Positions 24,905-34,838 are shown, counted from the stretch's first letter. The stretch is DNA of 43,335 nucleotides from an uncultured Candidatus Saccharibacteria bacterium (GCA_964413845.1 CAYPTJ010000008.1:1-43335); one strand, 5' to 3'. Translations and numbers: made by a program. The notes: a model not told the origin generated them from the sequence alone.

Positions 24905-26336
24905 GAGCCGATTCTTTCCAAATCTTCTCCTCAAGGGCGGCGAGAGTTGTAAGAAGATCCTTCTTTTTGGATACATCAACAATAAAGTGGGTGAGCCCTC
25001 CCTTAAGAAGATATGCAAGAAGCTCTTCATGAATCGGATCAGCCAGATAAAGAAGATTTACTCCAGCATCTTTGCAACTGCGCTGAACCTCATTTATCGC
25101 CCAAAGAAGCGAATCATCCGCCGTTACTATTTCCTCAGTCCCCAAGAAACCCCGAATAAGGTTTTTTGTGTCAAAAACAGCTCCGTCGATTCCTACCTCA
25201 AGAAAGCGGCTGATTAAAACCGCATTTGCAGGAAATGAGATTCGGAAATAATATTTGAGCTGAGAACCACGAGGAAGCCCCTCACCAGCAAGCGCTCGCT
25301 TTAGCCCTGATAAACCATTAACCGTCCTCACGGGTGGAAGAATAAGGTGAAGGTTGTTTTGCTTTTCCCTGTGCTTTGCTTCTCTCACAATTGCCAGCTC
25401 ATTGGCATTAACCGTATTCAGTGCTAAAAGTACTGGTTTGGTGGGAAATTCTCGTGCTAAAAAGGTTGCGTTGGAAGCATCAGGAACGATTAATCCTGCC
25501 GCTTCGCTTGGAATCACCTCATCTTTATGATGGATCTGAACCCAAAGCTTTGCCGTTGCCGGGGTTTTCCGTAAAAGATAAAGGGGTCTGATACTTGAGA
25601 AGGAAAAGTCCTTCCGATAAGCACTCCATCCAAGCTCCTGGGGGTGGTTAAGCAACCTCTCAATCTTTGTTGCCCACGAAGATAAGGAGGTGACAAATTC
25701 TAAAGGAGTTTCCTCCTCAACTGCTCCAGTCACAATCCGCTTCTGCAGTCGGGTGGTTCCCTTTTCTAAGAAAATTCTTTCCTTCCCATCTTTATGTTCA
25801 ACCTCAACAACAACGGTAGCGGGATCGCTGTTGAAGGGATCTGAGGTGAAGAGTTTTCCTCCTCGCTCACTCCATTCTATCTGTTGTACAAGAAGCGGAA
25901 GTGGGTTTTGAGAAAAGTTTTCTTTAAAAACCCAGAGCTGGGTGAGATGCTCTATCCAAAGTTTCTTGACGGCCTCAACCACTTCCTCCTCACCCAAAGC
26001 CTTTTGACTGTTAGTTTTGGCTCTTATAGCAACAAAGGTATCCTGAGGTCCGGAGAGAGTACGGTAGGAGGCACGAAGTGATCTTTCAAAAATAGGGGGA
26101 AGGGAGATTACTAAAAGCTGTCTTTTTAACTCTTCTGGATCAGAAAGATTGCTTTCGGTCAAGATGGTTTTTATTGAAGGAAAATTAAGATATTCCGCAT
26201 AAGATGCCACGGGGATGATAAAGGCAGGGAGGACAGGAGCACCAAACTTCAAGATCTCCCCGAGACTGGCGGCTTCCTCACCAACCCAGGGCGCATCACG
26301 AAGTCCAATCTCCTCTAAAGTAAAGATAGCGTTCAT
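24897..26336 (-). CDS. degenerate PEP synthase (PpsA)-like protein
   Basis: N-terminal VGEEAASLGE....PV.PAF resembles the PEP/pyruvate-binding domain; C-terminal region resembles the PEP-utilizer barrel. Only 479 aa. Confidence 0.6.
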   Translation of the reverse strand: MNAIFTLEEIGLRDAPWVGEEAASLGEILKFGAPVLPAFIIPVASYAEYLNFPSIKTILTESNLSDPEELKRQLLVISLPPIFERSLRASYRTLSGPQDTFVAIRAKTNSQKALGEEEVVEAVKKLWIEHLTQLWVFKENFSQNPLPLLVQQIEWSERGGKLFTSDPFNSDPATVVVEVEHKDGKERIFLEKGTTRLQKRIVTGAVEEETPLEFVTSLSSWATKIERLLNHPQELGWSAYRKDFSFSSIRPLYLLRKTPATAKLWVQIHHKDEVIPSEAAGLIVPDASNATFLAREFPTKPVLLALNTVNANELAIVREAKHREKQNNLHLILPPVRTVNGLSGLKRALAGEGLPRGSQLKYYFRISFPANAVLISRFLEVGIDGAVFDTKNLIRGFLGTEEIVTADDSLLWAINEVQRSCKDAGVNLLYLADPIHEELLAYLLKGGLTHFIVDVSKKKDLLTTLAALEEKIWKESAHV

Positions 26337-26457
26337 CTCTATTAGGTTAGCAGAGGAGAACAGGAAGATTCAATAATGATGTAAGAGAAACTCCCCGTAT
26401 TGATTATTACAGGTCTTTATGTTACAATCGTAACAAATTCAATAAGAAGGAGGAGAC

Positions 26458-26733
26458 ATGTCAAAAAGGATCTACAAGTATGCTGTACCAGGGGAGGATT
26501 ATTTTTCTCTCGAGTTACCTCGGGGAGCAAAAATCCTGACAGTACAAGTGCAGGATGACGAACCCCAAATTTGGGCACTTGTAAATCCAGAAAATCCAAC
26601 TGAACTTCGAAGCTTCCATTTAGCTGGGACTGGCCATCCAATTGAGGAAACCGAAGAAGATCTGAATTATATCGGGACATTTTAGTTATGGGGAGGCAGC
26701 TTCGTTGGACATCTATTTGAGATTTTGAGATAA
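26458..26733 (+). pseudogene. small hypothetical protein with an internal TAG at 26683
   Basis: AGGAGG SD; the frame continues YIGTF*LWGGSFVGHLFEILR to TAA at 26733. Confidence 0.6.
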
Positions 26734-26761
26734 AGATAGAAAAAGATAGAAGTTTAAAACA

Positions 26762-26799
26762 GATCCCGCATCCTTCGGTTTGCCAAAGGGTGCGGGATC
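26762..26799. terminator. hairpin between convergent genes
   Basis: GATCCCGCATCCTT/AAGGGTGCGGGATC. Confidence 0.55.
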
Positions 26800-27001
26800 A
26801 CTTCTTTTTGCGGCGCTTCTTGCGCTTCTTTCTCTTGCCAGTGACGGGTCTTAATCCCTTCGCCTTCTCCTGAATGATTCGGGCAAGAGTGAAAACACCA
26901 CGCCCGTCCTCGGTCATTTCCGGCTGCCGCTTTTTTTCGCGTCGCCTTATTCGCTCCCTCTCTTTCGAAGGAAGCTCAGGATAATCGTTACTTCTTCCCA
27001 T
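26798..27001 (-). CDS. small basic hypothetical protein
   Basis: GAGGAGG SD, 67 aa, K/R rich. Confidence 0.6.
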   Translation of the reverse strand: MGRSNDYPELPSKERERIRRREKKRQPEMTEDGRGVFTLARIIQEKAKGLRPVTGKRKKRKKRRKKK

Positions 27002-27055
27002 CTCTAACCTCCTCGCAATCTTCTACTTCTAGTATACTATCGGTTGAGCGGTTCA

Positions 27056-27559
27056 TCAAGTAAGAGGAGGAACTTTGGTATAATTAGGATTCGGAATAGC
27101 TTTAAGTTCCCCTTCTTCCTCGGCAAGATAGTAAGCAAAACCGCGCCGTTGTCTAATTAGCTCGTAATCATTCTCAAACTTTGCTGGATCGTGGTCATCT
27201 AAAGTCACCGCCGGTCCTTTACCAAAATTGATTAAACTGTGTGCGTAGCCCTTGGGCACGGTAAATGACTCGCCCTTTTTTAGTTTTATCAGTCTAATCT
27301 CCTCAACAAGGTCAACACCTTTCTGGATGAGAATCCCTACCTCTCCTATTAATACGGTATATGTCTCTTCTGCCTCCGGTTTGTGGAAATGACCATAGGT
27401 TTTGGGATATTCTTTTCCCAAGTGATAGTGAGGGAGAATAGTGATGTTTTTCCCTGGTTGATGAATGACAAAGTAGAGTTGCTCTGGTGCGGAAGCGGTA
27501 GAATCCATTAGTACCTCCCGCATCTCGTCAATTTTCCTGATCGATAATGTTGTCTCCAT
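27056..27559 (-). CDS. cupin-type (archaeal-like) glucose-6-phosphate isomerase family protein
   Basis: E..KT.GHFH...E.Y, P.GYAH..IN, GFAYY, NPNY. Confidence 0.8.
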   Translation of the reverse strand: METTLSIRKIDEMREVLMDSTASAPEQLYFVIHQPGKNITILPHYHLGKEYPKTYGHFHKPEAEETYTVLIGEVGILIQKGVDLVEEIRLIKLKKGESFTVPKGYAHSLINFGKGPAVTLDDHDPAKFENDYELIRQRRGFAYYLAEEEGELKAIPNPNYTKVPPLT

Positions 27560-27620
27560 CTACAAACTACTTGCCCACCGAAGCCCTACCTCGCCGGCAG
27601 GCAGGCCTGGCGAAGGCGGG

Positions 27621-29039
27621 TTAACTATACTTCCGTATCTCCTCCATAAGAGTATCCCTCGCCGCAACCATATTCTCGGCGGTGCGCGCCCAAGCAAACA
27701 CCTCTAACTTTGGGGTGGTGTGAGAAGCACGTACCAAACCCCAAGTATCCTCCATCCCTCGAAATTTAACCCGGGCACCATCCATCTCGTTCACAAAGTA
27801 ACGCTTCCGAAGTGAATTTTTAACCTTCTCGGCAACGATAAATTTGCGCTCATCACCCATCGGAATCTCAATCTCCCCCGTTGCGTGGTAGAACGGAACG
27901 TCCGACATCGCGTGTGAAAGTGGTTCCTCCCTCCGCTCTAAGAGTTTAACTAAGCGCATCGCCGCATATAAGGCATCATCAAATCCGTAGTAATGATCAT
28001 GGAAGTAAAAATGACATTTGTATTCCCCCGCAAAAGCCCCTTCGTAAAACCGTAGCTCGTTTAAGACAAGGGAATGCCCGGTAGGGACCATCACCGGAAT
28101 TCCTTTGTGCACCACAATATCCTCCTCAACCGCCGGTGAGCATTGGGTATTGTAAAGAATCTCCAACCGCGGATCGCGCGTTAAGATATCGCGGGCAAAA
28201 AGCATTAAAATCCCATCCCCCCAAAGAACAAATCCCCTCTCGTCACAAACATTAACCCGATCGACATCAGGGTCAAAGATCATTCCCAGATCAGCTTTCT
28301 CCCGCTTGACCGCATTAACCGCTTCTAAAATGTTAGAGCCTACTGTAGGATCAGGACCATGGTTAGGAAAGGTCCCATCTAACCGGGAATGAAGCTCAAA
28401 CACCTTGCACCCTAAACCTTTGAGCAGTTTTGGAGCAAAGAGTCCTGCCATTCCGTTTGAAGAGTCCACCACCACCTTAAGGGTTCTTTTTCTTTCTCCT
28501 CCAAGAACCTGTTCAAACTTTTCGATCTTTTCTTTAAGAGTCTTTTCATACAATAGATTTATTTCTACCTTCTCCATCGTCCCCTTTCCTGTGGTAAATT
28601 GCCTTCGCTCCGCGATCTTTCTTATCTCTTGAATCTCATCTCCAAAGATGGTGCGATCTTCAAACGAGAGTTTAAAACCGTTCCATTCTGCAGGTTGGTG
28701 AGAGGCAGTGACCATCATCGAACCTCCTACTTTGATAAGCAAGGGGGCTAAATAAGAAGTAGGGGTGGTTGTTAACCCAATATCAACCACCTTAATTCCA
28801 GTGGAAAGGAGACCCTCAAGGGCGGCAGCAGTTATCACCAGGGAAGAAAGACGGTTATCCATCCCCAAAGCAACACTCTCTTTCCCCTTCTCTAACATCC
28901 AAGTACCGTAAGCCCTTCCGATAAGCTCACTGTCCTCCTCATTAAAATCCTTCTCGTAGATCCCCCGAATATCGTTCATCCGGAAGATATAAGGATTGAG
29001 CTTTAACTCTTCTTTTCGGAAAATAAAAGCGTCAGCCAT
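27621..29039 (-). CDS. phosphomannomutase/phosphoglucomutase
   Basis: DIRG, TASHQP, NGFK, FDPDVDR, DGARV, RASHT.P. Confidence 0.92.
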   Translation of the reverse strand: MADAFIFRKEELKLNPYIFRMNDIRGIYEKDFNEEDSELIGRAYGTWMLEKGKESVALGMDNRLSSLVITAAALEGLLSTGIKVVDIGLTTTPTSYLAPLLIKVGGSMMVTASHQPAEWNGFKLSFEDRTIFGDEIQEIRKIAERRQFTTGKGTMEKVEINLLYEKTLKEKIEKFEQVLGGERKRTLKVVVDSSNGMAGLFAPKLLKGLGCKVFELHSRLDGTFPNHGPDPTVGSNILEAVNAVKREKADLGMIFDPDVDRVNVCDERGFVLWGDGILMLFARDILTRDPRLEILYNTQCSPAVEEDIVVHKGIPVMVPTGHSLVLNELRFYEGAFAGEYKCHFYFHDHYYGFDDALYAAMRLVKLLERREEPLSHAMSDVPFYHATGEIEIPMGDERKFIVAEKVKNSLRKRYFVNEMDGARVKFRGMEDTWGLVRASHTTPKLEVFAWARTAENMVAARDTLMEEIRKYS

Positions 29040-29051
29040 CTGTTCAACAGT

Positions 29052-29840
29052 TTATCTTAACAATTCGTTTAGTTCTTTGGCATTTTTTACCGCATTAGCC
29101 TCAAAGTCGTTATCGAAAAAAACAAACACATCACCCACCTTCCGCCATTCCTTTATTTTTTCCACATATTCTTTAAGCTGTTTCTGGGAGTAATTTGAGG
29201 TATAAAGTTGTTCATGTCCATGAAGTCTCAAGTACATAAAATTGGCCGTTGACACCTCTGCGTAGGGGTAGGAGGGCGTGTCGGAAGCGATAAGTGCACA
29301 GTTTGCTTTCCTTAAGATCGCGTAGATCTCATCCGTAAACCAAGAGGAATGGCGAAATTCAAAGGCGAACCTCCAGTCCCGTTTAACCCGAAGGGTTGGG
29401 GATTTGAAAAACAAACCCTTCGGGTTCGCCTGACAAGGTTGTTCCTTGTCAGGCAGCAGCTTGATGAAAGCTCTCAGCCGTTCAGGATTCGCTTCAAAGG
29501 AAGAAGGGAGTTGAAAGAAGACCGGTCCCAACTTCTCCCTAAGATTTGCCGCCGCTTGGAGTAAGTTTTCAAGTGGTTCTCGGCAATTCTTCAGCTTCTT
29601 AACATGGGTGATAAACCGCGAGCCTTTGACGGCAAAGACGAAATCATCCGGGGTCCGATCATACCACCCCTTGAAGGTTTTTTCCTTGGGAAGGTGGTAA
29701 AAAGAACTGTTCAACTCAACCGTTGAGAAGTGGTCAGCATAAAACCTGAGCCACTCTTTCTCAGGAAGATCTTCTGGATAAAACAGGCTTTTCCAATGTG
29801 GATAGACCCAACCTGATGTCCCGATAAAGATTTTCCCCAT
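29052..29840 (-). CDS. DUF72 (YecE-like) protein
   Basis: IGTSGW.Y, VELNSSFY, QLP, EFRH.SW, Y.RLHG, FFDND. Confidence 0.92.
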   Translation of the reverse strand: MGKIFIGTSGWVYPHWKSLFYPEDLPEKEWLRFYADHFSTVELNSSFYHLPKEKTFKGWYDRTPDDFVFAVKGSRFITHVKKLKNCREPLENLLQAAANLREKLGPVFFQLPSSFEANPERLRAFIKLLPDKEQPCQANPKGLFFKSPTLRVKRDWRFAFEFRHSSWFTDEIYAILRKANCALIASDTPSYPYAEVSTANFMYLRLHGHEQLYTSNYSQKQLKEYVEKIKEWRKVGDVFVFFDNDFEANAVKNAKELNELLR

Positions 29841-30124
29841 CAGCCTCCTATCTCAAAATCGCTGAATGTGCCCTCATATGACTCCCATTTGGCATCAACC
29901 TCTTTTACCTTGGAAAGCAAGGGACCTTTTTGGCACCATTGATAAAGCTTATTAAGGGCATCTTTCTCTCCCTCAGCGACTACCTCTACTGTTCCACCAG
30001 AGATATTTCTTACCCAACCAGTTACACCAAGCTTTTGAGCTTGCTGCCTTGTCTCTGCTCGGAAAAAGACTCCCTGAACCAAACCGTGAATCTTTAAGAC
30101 TAACCGCGCTTTCTCCATAGCCAT
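29840..30124 (-). CDS. acyP: acylphosphatase
   Basis: G.VQGVFFR and GWVRN..G.VE. Confidence 0.93.
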   Translation of the reverse strand: MAMEKARLVLKIHGLVQGVFFRAETRQQAQKLGVTGWVRNISGGTVEVVAEGEKDALNKLYQWCQKGPLLSKVKEVDAKWESYEGTFSDFEIGG

Positions 30125-32814
30125 TTAGCACCTTCGGCTAGAACTAGTGCCATAGCAATAAAAGCCAGGATTACTCCCCAATCGATGAATCCCAAAGAAG
30201 TAACTCCCATAATTGCCTGAAGAGGAGCGGCGTAAAGTGCAAGAAGCTGAAGCAAGAATGAACCAAGGAAGGCAATAACAAGGTAACGATTGGAGAAGAG
30301 CCTGTGCCAAAACGGAGCTTTACTTCGGATTGTAAAAACAATAAAAAGCTCAAAGAGAACCGCCGCAGTAAAAAGCATCGTTCGTGCCTTAACGACATCC
30401 GGAAGATAAGCAAGAAAGATCAACGCCTCACCAATTAAAGAGATAAAACCCAAGAAAAGGGCGTAGGTAAAGATTGGACGAACCATCTTTGGGCCAAGAT
30501 CACGTGGTGGCTCGCGTAAAACATCTGTAGTAGGTGGCTCATAAGCAAGAGCAAGGGCAGGGAATCCATCAGTAACAAAATTGATCCAAAGTATCTGGAG
30601 AGTAGTTAGCGGTTGCGGTAAACCCGCCAAGAGGGCGGCGGCAATAATTAGAAGTTCTTCGAAGTTTCCGGAGAGAAGAAAGATAAAGAATTTGCGGATG
30701 TTGTCGTAAAGAGTTCGGGCTTCAATTATCGCCGGAAGGACAGTCTCAATCTTGTCATCAAGAATCACCAAATCCGCGGCTTCCTTTGAAACATCCGCTC
30801 CCTTCTCCCCCATCACCACCCCCACATCCGCTTTTTTCAAGGCAGGAGCATCGTTAACACCATCACCGGAGACCGCCACCCGCATCCCCAATTGCTTAAA
30901 GGCTTTAACCAGACGGTATTTTTGGGTGGGAGTAATCCGGGCATAGATTGTAGTTTGGGGGATAATTTTTAACAACTCCTCATCACTTAAGTTATCCATT
31001 CCAGAACCGGAAAGAATATTTTTGGAAGCAACCTTTAACCCTAATTCACGTGCCACCGCAAGGGCAGTTCCGGGATGATCGCCGGTGATAATTACGGGTT
31101 TAATCCCGGCTTCAATCAAAGTGGCAAATGTTTCATCAACCCTCTCCTTCGGCTTATCCAAAAGCCCCGCAAATCCAACAAAAGTAAGCTCTTTTTCAAC
31201 CTCGCGGCTGGCGATCGAGCGGGTTTTGCGTTCTTTGGTTGCCAGAGCGATCACCCGATATCCCCCGGATGCTAATTTTCCTGCCTGATTTTCAAGCTGC
31301 ACTCTTCGAGCTAAAGAAAGCTCCACTTCCCTCCCTTCCGCAAAATATTGGCGGCAAAGAGGAAGGATCACCTCGGGTGCTCCCATACTATAAACCCGTA
31401 ATTGTAGGTCCTTAAAGAATATCTTGGTGCGCATCCGTCGCTCCGAAGTGAAAGCGAACTCCTTAAGTGCATCTTGCTTTCCAACTGACAATCTGGTTTT
31501 TTCGGCAAGAATAAGGAAAGCCCCCTCAGTGGGATCACCACGAACCGCCCAACGTTTCTCCCCGGTTCCATCAAGAGAAGAAATTGAAGCGGCACCTGCC
31601 AGAGCTCCTACTTCCACAAACTTTTTAAGCGGCTCATCGGGGGGAACATCAAGTGGTTTTCCATACTCAAAAACCATCCCTTCCGAGGAGAAACCTGCTC
31701 CAGTTACCTCCAGGATTCGGTCGGGAAGAGCAATCTTTGCTACCGTCATCTCGTTTCGGGTTAAAGTTCCCGTTTTATCAAAGGCAAAAAGATTAATTCC
31801 TGAAAGTGCCTCAACAGTGGGAAGGTGCCTCACCAAAACTTTTTCCCGTGAGAGCCGAAGGGCAGTTGTTGCCAAAGCAAGGGTAGTCACAGTGGGTAAA
31901 CTTTCAGGAACGGCAGAGACAAAAACAGCAATGGCAAGGTTAAGCATATGGATAAACTCATGCGCGCGTAAAAACCCCAAGACAAAAATCAGACCAGAGA
32001 GAAAAACCGCAAAGCCAGTGAGCCAAACCCCAAGATGGGTAATCCTCTCCAAAAGAAGGCTTTGTTCTTCCTGCTCTTGGACGAAGGTGGCAATTCGCCC
32101 AAACTCTGTTTCCGACCCAGCTTGGGTAACCACTCCCTTTCCAGTACCGGTAACCACATGCGTTCCACTGTAGGCCATATTTTCTCGATCAGCAAGAGAA
32201 GTTGCCTCCGGGAACCTCTCGGTAGTTTTATCTGAGGGAATTGATTCTCCCGTAAGGACTGCCTCATCAATCTTTAAATCCCTAACTTCAAAAAGCCGAA
32301 GATCCGCCGGTACCACCCCTCCTTCTCGAAGAACAACCACATCCCCGATAGTTAACCCTTCAACCGGCACATCTACCACTTCCCCAGCACGAATTACCTC
32401 TGCCTTTGCCGGATGGATCTGGCGCAAGGCCTCTAATGTCTTTTCCGCTTTTCTCTCCTGGAAAAAGGAAACCGCCACGTTAAGGGCAACAACGGCAAGA
32501 AGCACCAAGCCGTTTGTTGATGACTCAAAGATAAAAGAAAGAATGGAAGCAAGAAGAAGAAGAATCACAAAGAAGTTTTTAAATTGGGCAGCGAGCAGTC
32601 GTAAGGTTTTAAAGCGTTTCTCTTCAACCAGAATATTTGGACCATATCGACTTAAGCGTCGCTCTGCCTCTTTAGGGGTAAGACCTTTCTCTGAGGACCC
32701 AACAGTGGCGAAGACCCTCTCGACAGATTGCGCGTGTGCATTTTCCAGCTCCACTTGGACGCGATCAGAGATCGCTACTCGCGTTTTACGCGATGGTGAG
32801 CGAAGTTGAACCAT
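30100..32814 (-). CDS. cation-transporting P-type ATPase (P2A-like)
   Basis: TGES, VPESLP, DKTGTLT, GDPTE, GDGVNDAPAL, QILWINFVTDG.PALAL. Confidence 0.92.
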   Translation of the reverse strand: MVQLRSPSRKTRVAISDRVQVELENAHAQSVERVFATVGSSEKGLTPKEAERRLSRYGPNILVEEKRFKTLRLLAAQFKNFFVILLLLASILSFIFESSTNGLVLLAVVALNVAVSFFQERKAEKTLEALRQIHPAKAEVIRAGEVVDVPVEGLTIGDVVVLREGGVVPADLRLFEVRDLKIDEAVLTGESIPSDKTTERFPEATSLADRENMAYSGTHVVTGTGKGVVTQAGSETEFGRIATFVQEQEEQSLLLERITHLGVWLTGFAVFLSGLIFVLGFLRAHEFIHMLNLAIAVFVSAVPESLPTVTTLALATTALRLSREKVLVRHLPTVEALSGINLFAFDKTGTLTRNEMTVAKIALPDRILEVTGAGFSSEGMVFEYGKPLDVPPDEPLKKFVEVGALAGAASISSLDGTGEKRWAVRGDPTEGAFLILAEKTRLSVGKQDALKEFAFTSERRMRTKIFFKDLQLRVYSMGAPEVILPLCRQYFAEGREVELSLARRVQLENQAGKLASGGYRVIALATKERKTRSIASREVEKELTFVGFAGLLDKPKERVDETFATLIEAGIKPVIITGDHPGTALAVARELGLKVASKNILSGSGMDNLSDEELLKIIPQTTIYARITPTQKYRLVKAFKQLGMRVAVSGDGVNDAPALKKADVGVVMGEKGADVSKEAADLVILDDKIETVLPAIIEARTLYDNIRKFFIFLLSGNFEELLIIAAALLAGLPQPLTTLQILWINFVTDGFPALALAYEPPTTDVLREPPRDLGPKMVRPIFTYALFLGFISLIGEALIFLAYLPDVVKARTMLFTAAVLFELFIVFTIRSKAPFWHRLFSNRYLVIAFLGSFLLQLLALYAAPLQAIMGVTSLGFIDWGVILAFIAMALVLAEGAKWLWRKRG

Positions 32815-32888
32815 CAGAAAAATGGTATCACGGGAGAAGGAGGCTATGCAATTGGTTTTGGAGATGGTAAAATGATAAAGGTACTTTT

Positions 32889-32962
32889 GGGCCTGTAGCT
32901 TAGTGGTAAAGCAGCGGCCTTTTAAGCCGTTGACCCGAGTTCGATTCTCGGTAGGCCTACCA
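32889..32962 (+). tRNA. tRNA-Lys(TTT)
   Basis: Anticodon loop CT-TTT-AA, 74 nt, CCA. Confidence 0.93.
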
Positions 32963-33018
32963 CCTCACTTCGTTCGGTGTAAACGAGGTTTATCCTGAGC
33001 GAGCGAAGCGAGTCGAAG

Positions 33019-33093
33019 GGCCCTGTCGTCTAGCGGTTCGGACACTGCCCCTTCAAGGCAGAAATACGGGTTCAACTCCCGTCGGGGCCACCA
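33019..33093 (+). tRNA. tRNA-Glu(TTC), with C at position 33
   Basis: Anticodon arm CTGCC-CC-TTC-AA-GGCAG, 75 nt, CCA. Confidence 0.88.
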
Positions 33094-33513
33094 TCCTTCG
33101 AGACGTTCGGCTGAGCTCAGTCGAAGCCCAGGCTCAGGATTGAAAATGTACTTCGTCTATATTCTCCTTTGTGATAAAGACTTTTTCTACGTTGGTTTAA
33201 GTGATAATCTTGAGGAGCGTTTACAAGATCATACCTCGGGCTATAGCCCATACACCCGTAGATTTAGTGAGATCGAACTTGTGCATAGTGAGCGATATCC
33301 TAAACGCTCCCAGGCAGAGAGGAGAGAGAAGCAGATCAAGGGTTGGTCGAAAGCAAAGAAAAAGGCTTTGATTGGTGGGGATAGGGAGAAGCTTAGAGAA
33401 CTAAGTAAATCTAAATCCTGAGCTTGGTGAAGGATCTTGCGGCGGGTACTATATGGTGAGCCTGCGAAGCAGCGAGCTTGTCGAGCTGTCGAACCATCCC
33501 GTCGGGGCCACCA
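33094..33513 (+). mobile_element. GIY-YIG cassette at the tRNA-Glu 3' end
   Basis: 17-bp direct repeat TCCCGTCGGGGCCACCA at 33077 and 33497; palindromic TTCGA..GCTCA / TGAGC..TCGAA ends. Confidence 0.75.
33146..33421 (+). CDS. stand-alone GIY-YIG nuclease (YhbQ/UPF0213-like)
   Basis: YFVYIL.C...YVG.S..L..RL..H...RE.QIKGWS..KK.ALI. Confidence 0.93.
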   Translation: MYFVYILLCDKDFFYVGLSDNLEERLQDHTSGYSPYTRRFSEIELVHSERYPKRSQAERREKQIKGWSKAKKKALIGGDREKLRELSKSKS

Positions 33514-33515
33514 AG

Positions 33516-33881
33516 CTAAGCTAGAGACGAAGTGATATCGGTATAGTGCTTAATCTCAGGAGGACCACCCTCAGATAGGATAACCGCCACCGCATCAATC
33601 CTTGCTGCCTCCCGATCAAATCCTTGAGAAGTCAAATAGTACTGTGCCGCGCGCTGAAGCGCCTTAAGTTTGTGGTAGTTGATCGCTCCCAGTGGTCCAC
33701 CAAACAGTTGGCTTTTACCACTTCGTGCTTTAACCTCCACAAATACGGTTGTATCCCCATCGCGCATAATAAGATCAATCTCCCCCCAACGCGGAGTTTT
33801 AAAGTTTTTCGCGATAAAGACGAACCCCTTCCTCTCTAAAAATTTTCTTGCCAGATCTTCTCCTTGCTGCCCAATATTCAT
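33516..33881 (-). CDS. yraN: YraN/UPF0102 PD-(D/E)xK family protein
   Basis: G..GED.A..FL, GEIDLI, VFVEVK.R, R.D. Confidence 0.9.
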   Translation of the reverse strand: MNIGQQGEDLARKFLERKGFVFIAKNFKTPRWGEIDLIMRDGDTTVFVEVKARSGKSQLFGGPLGAINYHKLKALQRAAQYYLTSQGFDREAARIDAVAVILSEGGPPEIKHYTDITSSLA

Positions 33882-34498
33882 TGTTCTAACAACCTTTCAG
33901 GAATAAAGCTGAGGCGATGGATCTTGCAGGGGCCGTGCTTTTTAATCATCTGCTGGTGTCGCTTTGTTCCGTAGCCTACATGGTTTTCAAACCCATATTC
34001 TGGATATTGGGTTGCCAGCTGTCTCATTTTTTTATCCCTTTCTACCTTGGCAAGGATCGAGGCCGCAGCAATTGTGGCGGAAAGCCGGTCTCCTGCCTTA
34101 ATCGCTTCTTGCCTCCACCTTGGGAAAGAGCGGATTCGAAAGAAGTCTATTAAGACAAAATCGGGTGTTAAGCCTAACTCTTCCAGAGCTTTAAGCATCG
34201 CATACTCGGTCGCAAAGGAGATACCACAACGCTCGATAAGAGAGCTCTCCGCCTGAGCAACGGCAAAGGCAAGCGCTTGTGATTTTATTTCTTCTGCTAA
34301 TTCAAGCCGTTTTTTAGGAGCAAGAAGTTTAGAGTCAGCCAGAGGAAAGTCCAACTTTACTTTCGGAGGAAAGATTACTGCTGCAGCGTAAAGCGGTCCC
34401 GCCCATGCCCCACGACCGACCTCATCCACCCCGGCAACAAATCCTAAACCATCCCGCCAAAGCTTTCTTTCATAGTGGAAATTAGCGTTCTTTCGCAC
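33878..34498 (-). CDS. rnhB: ribonuclease HII
   Basis: [30 protein letters not shown]. Confidence 0.96.
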   Translation of the reverse strand: MRKNANFHYERKLWRDGLGFVAGVDEVGRGAWAGPLYAAAVIFPPKVKLDFPLADSKLLAPKKRLELAEEIKSQALAFAVAQAESSLIERCGISFATEYAMLKALEELGLTPDFVLIDFFRIRSFPRWRQEAIKAGDRLSATIAAASILAKVERDKKMRQLATQYPEYGFENHVGYGTKRHQQMIKKHGPCKIHRLSFIPERLLEQ

Positions 34499-34838
34499 CT
34501 TTGATTCGCGTCTCCTTCTTCCCCGCTTTTTCTCTCAAATAATAAAGCTTCGCTCGCCGCACTTTTCCTCGCTTAACGACCTTGATCTTCTGGATATTAG
34601 GGGAATAGAAGGGAAAAATCCGCTCCACTCCAATCCCTTGAGAGGCAAGCTTTCTTACGGTAAATGTCTTGGAGGTACCAGCCCCTTTAATCGCAATCAC
34701 TATCCCCTCAAAGGGCTGAATTCGCTCTTTTCCCTCTTCATGTATCCGATAGGAAACCATAACCATATCTCCTGGTCTAAACTCGGGAATCGCCAGCGCC
34801 TCTTTTTCTTTAGTTTCTTTTGCGATTTCCTCTGCCAT
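34482..34838 (-). CDS. rplS: 50S ribosomal protein L19
   Basis: [30 protein letters not shown]. Confidence 0.97.
   Translation of the reverse strand: MAEEIAKETKEKEALAIPEFRPGDMVMVSYRIHEEGKERIQPFEGIVIAIKGAGTSKTFTVRKLASQGIGVERIFPFYSPNIQKIKVVKRGKVRRAKLYYLREKAGKKETRIKGAKER

Noticed and set aside
26683-26685. Genome-wide TAG recoding
   Set aside because: TAG ends conserved genes at expected positions (for example 3052-3054 and 35950-35952), and long genes have no internal TAG.
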